DNA of 64,000 bases from Cyanidioschyzon merolae (lineage: Eukaryota). The position numbers and the translations under genes were made by a program. The notes beneath the pieces are model-generated. The model was not told the origin of the DNA. It saw only the letters and a program-made list of their open reading frames with translations, and did not search any database. Below are positions 10,701 to 21,116 of this stretch, piece by piece (the stretch's first letter is position 1; each line of letters opens with the position of its first letter). The stretch lies in the NCBI GenBank assembly GCA_000091205.1, contig AP006487.2. One strand, 5' to 3'.

Positions 10701-13700
10701 TTGGCATTTTTTCACTGACAAAACGTTTACTTAGGCCAGCGTTCTCCGATTATGCGCTTTTTTCTTTTCTTTCTTTTTTTTCAGTGCGAGGTGAGGTATC
10801 CATCAACCCCCTACCTCCATGTTACATTACCTATACTTCGTCTCGGATATTCTGGTCGTTTCATACGTCCTATCGTGTGTGCCTAGTACCTGCCGTTCCG
10901 TATTCGCGTCTGCGCTTGAACCGCTGGAGCAGATAGCTCATAGGGCTAAAACAGCTTTTCTATACCACAGAGGGCGTCGGCTCGAGGTGTGCTTCATCCG
11001 ACGTAGAATCGGGTCTCGTCGTCAGTTTGTGCTCGTACAGTCTGCGGATGCAGGCTTGCCTTCGCTGCACGACACGCTGGAGAAACTTGGTTGTTAGGAT
11101 GAATTCTGGGAGCTGCCTCTCTCCTTCGTGATCATGCATGGAATGCATTGTTGTCGGTTGGCTATGCGGATTTGTGCTTGACACCCACTACAGAAGGAAG
11201 GCGTAGAGAGCACTAAACCCGTGTGCGCATCCGATCCGCTGGACCTTCCGCCTAGAAGGTAGCACGTGAGTTTGTTGGCCACTAATGAGCACTGAGGATC
11301 TGTTAGCGAACCATCAGTTGCCAGTGCTGCACTCAGAGTGAGTGTCCGGCCTTCGACTATCACGGTGTTGCCGAGCTGCTGCTGTCCTTCGAGGAGCTCG
11401 CTGCGCTCCTGCTTCTAGCGCGGCCACTGTAGGCCTAAATATGTCAGCGTCTCGGGGATTTCGTCTCGATAGCAGGTACAGTGTGACTCCCAGTGCGATT
11501 CCAGGGTTCCTATCCGGCTTAGAGCCGGTGCTGGTAGCCAGGAGCCACCAACGCTGATTTTGGCGAGCCACTGGGTACCTCGAGCAAGTCCCGGGAATTC
11601 CAGCGCCTCCCACCAGTAATTGCATGTGTATGCTAGGTTGTAGTTCCGGTATAGAGTCAAGCCGGCGTTACTCGCGCGACTGGTACTGTATCTACGTTCC
11701 CATATTGTTGTTCGGACCGTTCGCTTGAGGCGACGGGAGAATTCTATATTCCTGGGGAATGATTGGGTAGCGTGTTTTCGCCTAAGAGGCGCTTCAGCCA
11801 AATCTGCGCTGATTTCATCCAAGTGATCTTGCGGTGCGTTGGGGTCTGCATGGATATCCGACTGAACCAGGTGTTCATGGTTGGCCCTTTGCCCCATATG
11901 CGTGCCCGGCAGCCTGCTGCTATCGCCTCTGTCGAGGGTATTTGGAGTTCAAGTCCGAGTGCCAGCAGGTTGGTTGCTCTGCTCTGCATTGAGCATCCAA
12001 CTACAACGAGTCGCATTGCCCTGTTGGCGGCTGTCTGCAGACGCGAGGCATTTGTGTGCTTCATGCCGCACCATTCAGCACCACAGGTCGCAGGCTGGAT
12101 GATACATATCCTTAGTGCGCTGGTACGGATTGCTAAGGGGATAGAGGGGTCGGATAAGAATGGGCATGCGATCGCTGTACGTCTATGCATCTTGGCGATC
12201 ATCTCGTTAACGTGTGCCTTTTCGTCGAGCGTCGGCGTGAGACAGACCCTAGGTAGCGATATTTTTCCACGATTGGAATTTCCTGATTCTGCAACCGCCA
12301 CGAGCGATTGCGAATGCTCTGCGAGTCTCCATGGATGGCCATGACGCCGCACTTCGATGCTCCTATGCTCATCTCCCAGCGATCGGCCCAGGCGCTGACT
12401 TGTTCCATGCTAGCCGCAAGCGTTTCCGGGGCGGGTGCCAACAGCACGACATCGTCCGCAAATAGAAGGCCTGCGAGGCGGTTCCCATATGGGCGCTCCC
12501 CATCGGGCATCTCCACAGTCTATCCACGGCACCTCAAGCCCGTATTGTCTGTAGTTGTTAAGCAGATCGTTGATGAAGATGTTGAAAAGGAGCGGGGATG
12601 CAGGATCGCCCTGTCGCAGTCCACGGCGGATTCTTATCGAAGGGGTTCTTGAGCCGTCGCCTAGTCGGATGCGCATCCACGAGTCTGCATAGAGCGCACG
12701 GAAGAACGCTAAGCACTTTGCGGAGACTCCGGCTCGTTCCATCTTCATAAATGGAGCCTCATGCGGGAACGTGTCAAAGGCCTTTTGGAAGTCGACGAAG
12801 CATACGTAAGTTGGTTGTTGGTCGCTAATGAAGCGACGTTGCACCACTTCAATGAGGGTCAGGGCATGGTTCATGCACTCCTCGTGGCTCCGGAATCCAG
12901 CCTGTTCTGGGGCGAAGAACTTGCGTTCCTGGAGGCCGCTGTGGATACGGTTCGTGAGCATGGCGCGAAGTAGCTTCATGATTGACGGGATGAGGCGCAT
13001 AGTCCGGTAGATGTTCATGTCTGTGTGTGTGTGGGAGTCCTTTTTGAGGATCGGTACGACCTCGACAGCCCTCCGTACATCTGGGATGTACGCTTCTTCA
13101 AACATGCGTTGAATGAGCTCCAGAAGGCGTTTGCCTAAGATTGTGTCAGGTTCATCTGGTATCGATGGTGTCCCTGTTGTCCCGTCTTTTGGGGTCGCCA
13201 GTTTCATCCACTCCGCAGGGATACCGTCGATGCCAGGTGTTTTGCGATTGCTTGAGCATAGCAGAGTCCGAACAGATTCAGGCCAGAAAATTGGGTCGTT
13301 CCATTCCGGTACCGGGTCGAGGCGCGGTAGTTCTGCAGCATATCGGTGCCAATAGATTCGGTCTTAGCAGTGCCCAGTTGCGTCTTCATGTAATTCTGTG
13401 CCGTGGTCCGTCCAGGCCTCATTCACTGAGGCACGCTCCGTCCTCAGCGCTTCCTTTTAACAGTTGGTGTGAGCCCCAAGCACTTTCTTGGTGGGTCCAG
13501 TCTCGATCGGATGTAGCCTGGGGTTTCATCTTCGTTGGTGCTCTTCAGCATAGATTCCGCCAGGGAGGCCATTTTGCGGTTTCGATCCTCTCGTTTGTCT
13601 TCTCTGGAAAGTTTCTTCGTTCTTTTGATAGCTTCCTCATGTTGCGCCTGTAGCGCCGGTAGCGCTGCCTTCGCTTCCTTGTCTCCGGCGTTGGCGCGTA

Positions 13701-14955
13701 TGGCGGTGCGGTTGACAATCTTGTTGAGTCGGTGGCATTCATGAATCCGAGTTTTGGTACGTCGTTTGAGGTACTGCGGCTTGCTACTGTTGTGTTCAGG
13801 TGCAAGCAGTCCCAATTTTCTGGCAATCTTCTGATTCCCATCTACAAACTCGCGTGCCAATTGGTCTGAAGATTTGTATTCACGGCTTTTCGGATCTTCA
13901 GCGCTGTGAGCAGGTGCCTGGGATTGGCGACGGCTTTCTTGAGTTCCAGCTGGGGTGCCCTTTCGGGGGATACCTTGTGATGGGCTCGTTTGGGAGTTCT
14001 TCTTTCTATTCTTCTGTTTTTTCTTGCTGGTCTACTTCTTCTTCGGGCTCTTTCCTGAGCTGCTTTCTCTGGTTATTTTGCATTTAAGGGGATCATGAGG
14101 TTTCTGTGTCTCTTTCTCCGTACCTCGTTGGGTCTCTTTTCCAATTGTAGAGTCCTCGACTTGTATCAGTTCTTCATTACTGTACTGGTAATTCGATATC
14201 TCGTGGTTAAATACCGAGGCGATCCCGCTAATATTCCATGATGCGAAACCTATCGAGTCGTAGCGCATAAGGGAATAGGAGTAACGCTGCGGTACTCCAG
14301 AGATACGTTGTCGATTTAGACGCAGCTTCCACAGGGTGTGTGAGAGCACATGCCACCATTGCCTCCTGCATTCCAGTCGTTCACTGAGTGTCTGCCGCAG
14401 CGCTAGCGTAGAATCAGATGTACATTAGTCAAGGTCGATTCGAATGCGAACTTTGTCTTTCCGGACGCGTGAAGCTACCCTCAACCATTGGGAAAAGTCT
14501 GCAAACCACCATTTCAGCGGCTTTGTATCCGCTCCCCAAACACATAGGCGGGCAAGTCGCTTATTCCACTTTCGACAGTGAGCATACTGCCAGCTGTCTT
14601 CCAAAGTATCCGCCGAGATTGTTTCCAAAGTTGAGGTAGGTACTCAAGGTAGAAGGTGAAACTGAGCCCGAATTCAGGGATGGATCCAGTATTTGTGCCC
14701 GAACCTGCAGCGTTGTTTCGGGAGCAGCGGATGACTGCGCTCAGAATTATCGTCATCATTCTCTGCTACTGCCTACGCCCCTCCGTTCGTTGCGGTCAAG
14801 GCCCCTGGCGTGGACTTCCTTCGCAGTCGCTCAAGCACCCCGCGTTAACCCACTTTCAGAGGTTCTCCGGAAAGACTAGACCCCTTAGGCGGACGTGGTT
14901 TGTGGGGCTTTTAAGATAGTGGTTCCTTGATAAATAGTTTGCGACTAGTTTGCAT
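10655..14955 (-). mobile_element. LINE-like non-LTR retrotransposon E, copy 1 (frameshifted; ORF1-like region, RT, 3' module X)
   Basis: A ~600-bp 5' region is conserved with copy 2 (ends gataaatagtttgcgactagttt at 14931-14955). RT fragments lie in three frames on the minus strand. The 3' tail 10713-10965 is module X. No APE endonuclease domain is visible upstream of the RT. Confidence 0.7.
12199..13207 (-). pseudogene. Reverse transcriptase domain of LINE ORF2 (frameshifted)
   Basis: LINE RT motifs are present: MRLIPSIMKLLRAMLTNRI (motif 0/1), FVDFQKAFDT (A), GLRQGDPASPLLFNIFINDL (B), LLFADDVVLLA (C, FADD). The domain is split over ORFs 12410-13207 and 12199-12516, so frameshifted. Confidence 0.8.
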
Positions 14956-15159
14956 CGCGCTCGGTGAGCGCACCTCGGAGATCGGGCAGGCATGAGACGC
15001 TACGCGCATGCCACTGTTGAAGGGAAACACGTGACCTTGATCAATAGCGTGTTGTTCTGCTGTAAAAGTCGGATTCCCGTTGAGGGCGTAGCAAAGTATA
15101 GTTTTCAGTTCATTTCTGTTTCAACCCTCAAGTAAAAATACTCGAGTGTTTTTTCGCAG

Positions 15160-15167
15160 TATATAAG
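15160..15167 (+). promoter_or_regulatory. TATA-like box (tatataag) in AT-rich island upstream of the TnpB-like ORF
   Basis: tatataag sits in an unusually AT-rich stretch (15120-15300) ~210 bp upstream of ATG 15377. This is sequence-only evidence. Confidence 0.2.
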
Positions 15168-15223
15168 AGAAGCGTTCAAAGAGCATTCTTTTTAAAAAAA
15201 CTAAAAAAAGGAAAAGTATGTAG

Positions 15224-16990
15224 GAGCAAGTCCACGATCCTGGAGGCCCACTGTCGCAGGCTGCCAGAAAGAAAACAAAAAACAGTGCCGAGTCCAGAAG
15301 AACAGGGAGAGAGAAGAAGAACCGAAGAGGGGAGGCCCTACGTCGAAGGTGGCAAGAAAGACGACTGTACAACGAGATGGTGGTGAAAGCCTTTCTTCTT
15401 GGACATATCAAGGATCCCTACAGGGAAAAGTTGCGAGACGCTATCGAAAAACGTGTCGACTCGTATTCCGAGAGTATTATCAAGGCGTCGTCAGGGCTGA
15501 TGCATTTGGCGAGGGAGATGTATCGCGACATGGCGCACATGGAAACAGTCGAGATTCCGGACGAGTTTCTCGACATGACCTTTATTTGTCAGCTAATGCT
15601 TGGTACAGCGGAAACGCGGAAGGAAAATGTGCTAGTGCACGCCCTCCACGAAGAACATACCTTTTACAGCTTCAATGGTACTCGATACAAGGTGACGGAG
15701 ATATTTACATCTATGGGGCGATGAAGTACCTCACGAATCTGAAGAACCATTTGACAATGAACCTCGAACGTTTCACGGTACGCGCCGTGTGTGCACTCTA
15801 CCCGGGCCTATCTCGCAAAGGAAAATGGGCGATTATCAATGGCATCACGAAAGATCGTAAGCATGAAGATGAGACGGATTTCGTTGACAAGAAGGCGTCA
15901 AACGAGAGCACGAATGAAGCTTCTGTAATCCGTGCTGCTATTCAAGAGCACCGTGCAATCCTGGGACTGGATTATCCAGCAGAAAAGATATCAGAGTTGA
16001 AAAAAGATAAGGAAACATACGATCGCCTCATTCTACGGTATTTCGTGTTTCTGGACCAAGAACTCGAACGCGAGGCGGAGATGAAGGTGAATAGGGGAAA
16101 AATGAAGAGTGGGAGAGACGGAAGGCTGTCCTAACGGGGAAGCGCTTCAACGTGGTTCCATTGTGCAACATCAAGTCAGATTTTGTGACCATCGGCTCCG
16201 GCGTCCTTTACGGCATCATGAAGCAGATCAGTCCGGAGTTCAGTGTCAGCAGGGAGGACTTCACCGGCGAAAACCGGGAGACGTACTGCAAGAGTATCTT
16301 CGATTTCAAACGTCTGAGAGTGAGCAAGCAAAAGTTGTTTACTGGGATGATCGTAACCGATGGAGTAGAATTGTGTGCAAACTATCGGCGGTTGAAGAGA
16401 GATCGGCCAGTCCCTCCCTCGGCTGCGCCCGTGACGAAGGATCAAGAAAACAAAGAGGTGTATCCTGCGACGCAGGAGGTGGAGGATAGAGACCTTGTCG
16501 TTGACGTGACCAAGGATGAAGAAAGGGAGGAGGCGGATCTTGCGACGCAGGAGGTGCAGGATTACGACCTTGTCGTAGGCGTGGACCCTGGGAATACGAA
16601 TGTCCTAACCATCGCAGCACCGAAGCGTGCGGAAGATGGAAAAGTGCCAGCGGAATCCTGAAGATATACAAAAGTACGGACCGCTGACGGAAGGGCGAAT
16701 GGAAAGGAGAGCGAAAGTTCGAGGATTGCTTGCATCAGTAAGTACAACCAGTGATGGCAAGAAACGGATGGAGTTTGTGAAGCGAGGTTTTAATGCCGCA
16801 ATCAATCTACGGAGATGTGCGGTGCTAGAGAATAAACCTCCAGACTGGACAAGAAGGAACCTTGTTGGACAATCTCTCAAAGGTGAACTATATGAGAGAA
16901 AGCTGGAAGCAGTAGTGGGTAGCCAGTCCAAAAAGACGGGGGGGGGGCGTCTGCACGTCAGCTGGAGACGATTTGTCTAAGGCGCGTTCG
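15224..16990 (+). mobile_element. Longest copy (b) of repeat family F with TnpB/Fanzor-like ORF; 3' truncated within the start of module X
   Basis: An open frame runs from 15224 with a basic, NLS-like leader (RKKTKNSAESRRTGREKKNRRGEALRRRWQERR). The 3' part is homologous to copies (a) and (c) but lacks their ~100-bp segment. The RPL37 gene follows at 17118. Confidence 0.45.
15377..16980 (+). pseudogene. TnpB/Fanzor-like (OMEGA-type RuvC nuclease) gene, degenerate
   Basis: The reading frame is split over frames 2, 1, 0, 1, with switches near 15700, 16100 and 16640, each at an A-run. The RuvC-I-like block is [22 protein letters not shown] (compare TnpB vGIDLGxxxxat). The RuvC-III-like block is KRMEFVKRGFNAAINLRRCAV (compare TnpB DxNAAxNI). 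Only ~70 aa separate them, so RuvC-II and the zinc finger are absent, consistent with an internally deleted pseudogene. Confidence 0.4.
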
Positions 16991-17117
16991 CCGCCATTGC
17001 TGCGTACTGCCGGCGTCGTTCGACTTCGAACGGCGTTCGTGACCGAAGCTCATCCGCGGATCCAGCTGCACGCCGCTGCTTCATTCAGGACGCGTTGTAT
17101 AACAACGTCAGGGAACC

Positions 17118-17438
17118 ATGACGAAAGGAACATCTTCCAAGGGTCGCCGTCACGGCAAATCACATACACTCTGTATCCGTTGTGGACGACGATCGTACCA
17201 TATCCAGAAAAGTACCTGTGCGAGCTGCGGGTACCCGTCGCCGCGAAAGCGGACTTACAACTGGAGTTTGAAGAGCAAGCGGCGACGCACTACAGGAACT
17301 GGGCGCATGCGGTACTTGAAGACGGTTGCTAGACGGTTTCGAAACGGGTTCCGCGAAGAGAACACTCGTAAGGCGATAAAGAGGACAGTGGCTGCCGCTC
17401 CCGCACAGGAGAGCGGCCAGGAAGCAGCGAGCTCTTGA
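17118..17438 (+). CDS. RPL37: 60S ribosomal protein L37 (eL37)
   Basis: [68 protein letters not shown] carries the eL37 C4 zinc ribbon and conserved termini. ATG verified at 17118. Confidence 0.85.
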   Translation: MTKGTSSKGRRHGKSHTLCIRCGRRSYHIQKSTCASCGYPSPRKRTYNWSLKSKRRRTTGTGRMRYLKTVARRFRNGFREENTRKAIKRTVAAAPAQESGQEAASS

Positions 17439-18717
17439 TTCGGAGTAGACGCGGCGCTACCCGTGTAGCACCGTATGCAGCGCAGCCTCTCGTCGGAGAG
17501 CAGCGATTGAGGTTGCTAATGGGGTCTTTATGTGGTGAATCGAACTGGTGTAAAACTTCTTCCGAGTGTCCCCTAGCGCTCATACCAACACCCATGGACG
17601 TTACGTCGCTCGTATCGCGTACGCGGTGCGCGCTTGTCGCAGCACGTATTGCCGTGGCCCTTTGCGGGTCCGTCGAGCAACTTTGTACCACAGCTGCATG
17701 GCTTGCGCTCTTGTTTATGAGCCTGGTACGACGCGAGCCGATACGTTCCAGTCCCGACTGGAGCGCATCGGGTACCCGTTCCCGCTTGGAAGCTTGGGCA
17801 CCCATCGCACTGCGTCGGCAGCGTTCCTAAATCGCGCATATCACCAACGATGGCCCGACACGAAATGGTTTCCGCGCGTCGATTCTCTTCCTTCTGTCCT
17901 GAATAGGCGGAGAACATCATGGCTTGTCCATGCCTACCGGTGCATGAGCACCCATCCAGGAGTCGGTCGTGAGCGTTCTCGATCAGTGCTCTGGAGGCCG
18001 CCAAGTTCATTTGAGGAAGCCCGACTTGCATGCGATGCGGCATGCAGCGGCGGGAAATGGCCTGCCGCTTCACACTGGGCGTAAAGTTGGGAGCAGTTGG
18101 CGTTGCTGACTCGCCGTTGTCGTTGTCGATGGCGAGTCGTGTACTTCGCTCGTGCTGAACTCGATGCAAAAATTGCTCGCTCGCATAGAAAACATGATAT
18201 TCGAATCATGCGCATATGACGGACGGCGAATACGCGCTACAGCACATGGGCAAAGCTAGTCCACGCTGCGACTCGTATTCTTCCATCAAGCCCGAGGTTT
18301 CCCGATGGATAGGCCGAAGGTTTTCGCAGGTTTGCGATCAGCGCTAGCGCGGGCGCTGGGCATTCATTCGTGCTCCTGGCTTGTGCTTCGTCATCGAACT
18401 TGAGCTACTCCGCACCGCAATCATTCCCGGAAACGGCACTGGTTACTCTTCAACTGGCATGCATTTCGGTATTTCGCGGCATCGACGACGGCGTACACTC
18501 CTGATGCACCACAGCGTAGAACTCTTGCTCCCGGGAGATGCCACTATTATCTTGCTTGCTGAACGTGTAAGCAGTTACGAAACTAGGGCGCGCTGCTCCT
18601 CCATGCAAGTCGACAAATATCGTGTTCTGGAATCTGCTCTGATACATCCGTTCTACATCATAAATGAACGTATCATCTATGCTGGCGTCGTAGCTCGTTG
18701 TCCAGTACTGCGCGGCG

Positions 18718-20019
18718 ATGGTATTGCGGGTATCGTCCCGAGCGCGTCAGGCAGCGCTGCTGGTCCGCATCGACAAGGGCATTGTAACCGGGACTCGCTT
18801 TGCGAGCTGGGGCGCTTTACACCAGGACTTGTTTGCTGGGTGGAAGGGCATGGAGTGGCCTGTCCGTTTTCATCGACTGCCTGGCGCTTTGCGGTTGACG
18901 GATACCGTTCTTCAGTTCCTGCCTCTGGATCGCGATGCAACCGTTCGCATCATACCGCTGAGTCGGGTGAAGCAGGTTCTGGTATCGGCCCCGGGAAGCC
19001 GCGTACACCTTCTAAAACTACAACTGGAGGATGCAACCTCCGCAGTTTTCGAGTTTGGCGGGGACCAGCGGTCCCGTGACCAGGCACGTGAGGCGATCGC
19101 TCGTGGGCTTCGGCGTCGTGGGGAGGTGGTGGCGGCGGCGGCGGCTGCAAGGCCCGTGGACGACCACGATCCGCTCTATCGGGAGCTGGTCGAGTCCGGT
19201 CTTGTTCCTGAGGATGTTTATCGCCTGTATGCGCCGTATCGGGAGGCAGCAAGCTGGCAGGCGAGGCTTTTCCAGGGTGGCACGCTTGTTGAGGCACCCG
19301 CGCAACGTGCCGGTCTACCGTCGGCACTCTTATCGGAACTTCGACCCGCCGAGGAGAGCGGGCGCCGTGTCAAGTATCGCTTTGATCCGGCAACTATTCA
19401 TCAGATCTTTGTAGAGGAACCTGCGGTTCAGCGCGCCTACGAGGATACAGTGGCTCGTGGCGTCCTTGATGAGAAAAGCTTCTGGAAAAAGTATGTTGAA
19501 ATGCGGACGGCGTTGTCGGCATCTGCAAATGGAGTCAGGCCCAGTGATGCCCACGCTGCCGCACGTGCCTTTTTTGCCAAATACGAACAGCATACTCGAG
19601 ATCATTCAAGCCGGAGCGATCATGAGAACGAGGCTGCGGGAGCTTCGCAGAGCGCGCTCCCTCTCGACGTGGACCTTCGCCGCAACGAATACGCCTCGCA
19701 GGAGCATCGTGAGGAGCACCTCGCTGATGCCCTCGAGCTCCTCCATCGTTTCAACCGTCATGGTCAACTGGTAATGGATGCGAGCCACTTTCGACCGGAA
19801 GAGCAGGAGTGGTTGAAACGTTCTTCCCTGATTCTCGAAGAGCTGGTGGAATCGCCTGCCTCCGATTCCAGCGATGACAACGTTGAGCTCGACGGCCGCG
19901 CCTGCGACGCAACAGTGCTCGCCGCTGGCCTGCTTCCCGCTCCATTTCAAATAGAGCGGGTCGCTGGTGAAGCCTATCGTGCAGCACTTTGTGCGCTCTC
20001 CGATGCAAATCTGTGCTAG
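18718..20019 (+). CDS. General transcription factor IIH subunit p62/Tfb1-like (PH-like N-terminus plus BSD motifs)
   Basis: HQIFVEEPAVQRAYEDTVARGVLDEKSFWKKYVE aligns with p62 [31 protein letters not shown] (BSD domain). The N-terminal ~120 aa have the PH-like hydrophobic pattern ending FEFGGDQRSRDQAREAIA. At 433 aa it is shorter than canonical p62 (~550 aa). ATG verified at 18718. Confidence 0.5.
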   Translation: MVLRVSSRARQAALLVRIDKGIVTGTRFASWGALHQDLFAGWKGMEWPVRFHRLPGALRLTDTVLQFLPLDRDATVRIIPLSRVKQVLVSAPGSRVHLLKLQLEDATSAVFEFGGDQRSRDQAREAIARGLRRRGEVVAAAAAARPVDDHDPLYRELVESGLVPEDVYRLYAPYREAASWQARLFQGGTLVEAPAQRAGLPSALLSELRPAEESGRRVKYRFDPATIHQIFVEEPAVQRAYEDTVARGVLDEKSFWKKYVEMRTALSASANGVRPSDAHAAARAFFAKYEQHTRDHSSRSDHENEAAGASQSALPLDVDLRRNEYASQEHREEHLADALELLHRFNRHGQLVMDASHFRPEEQEWLKRSSLILEELVESPASDSSDDNVELDGRACDATVLAAGLLPAPFQIERVAGEAYRAALCALSDANLC

Positions 20020-21116
20020 GGTTCCTGCTGCAGCACACAATATGCACAGCGCGAGGATCCATGCCCCCGCAGATGCCACTGTATGTTACCTGTTGGCAGA
20101 CAGGGCACATACAAGAGGCAGGGCGCCTTGGTATCCCGCGAACACGCAACAGCCTGTGCGGATGCGAGACGGACTGTTGCACTATTGGCCAGTATCCGAA
20201 TCGAATGGAGCGTGCATCACCCGTGACCAGCTCGAGCTGTGCTATTTTTTCAGCGACTGACCTGTAATCGCGAACGCCCATGCATAGCCAGGACGGCGTC
20301 GATCCGTTCCCTGGTTTCAATAGCACAGGCGATGTCGAGAACGGCGCAAATAGGCTTGCGTTCACATCATGAAACCTCGATGACAGCTCATGAGGGTCAT
20401 CGCACAGTCGCGAAAAGGCATATTGTCCAAGGCGCGTGTCGACATCGACCGGAACCCGTCGGCCTGGTGAACGCACCATGGCGTGCCGTCTTCAGGCATA
20501 ACCTCTCCGCGATGCGCGTTCGCGTTCGAGCGTGATCAAAAAGCTGTACCTTGTTTTGCCGAAGACTGCAAGCACCCAATTTAGGGATGACGTAAACGCC
20601 CCTGTACGTTACGGTGTGCCTGGTTCCCGAGTCGCGCTCGTTCGAACCGACAAGTCGCCTACCCGCGAAGAAACCAAGCACTGGAGGCGTTTTTCAACAA
20701 GCTACTGCTTCGGGTCCAACGGGATGCGCTTTTCGCCGTCGCTGCGCCTTAGCAGTGCCTCCTGCTGATCCTGAAGCCCGGTTACGCGTGATCGCAGGAA
20801 CGAGAGAGAGTCATCCCTGGAAAACACATTATCAAAGCGATTTGCGCGCCACTTCACTGGTCCCGAATCACACGGGTAAGCATCTTGTCCAGGAGGGGAA
20901 TCGTCCGTCCATTCGTACACGGCGCGTCCATGTTCCCGGGAATCCGTATGCATCTTAAATGCCGCTTTCGACGCCGACACCCTGTTGCCCCAGTGAACAA
21001 GGAGGTGTCCCTCTGCTCGACAAATTGCCTTGCGAGGCGGAACGCAGGTGTGCGTGGATCGCTGCGAGCTTCCGGTACGCTGTCGATTGCCAGCGGTACG
21101 CCCGCACTCGGGTTCC

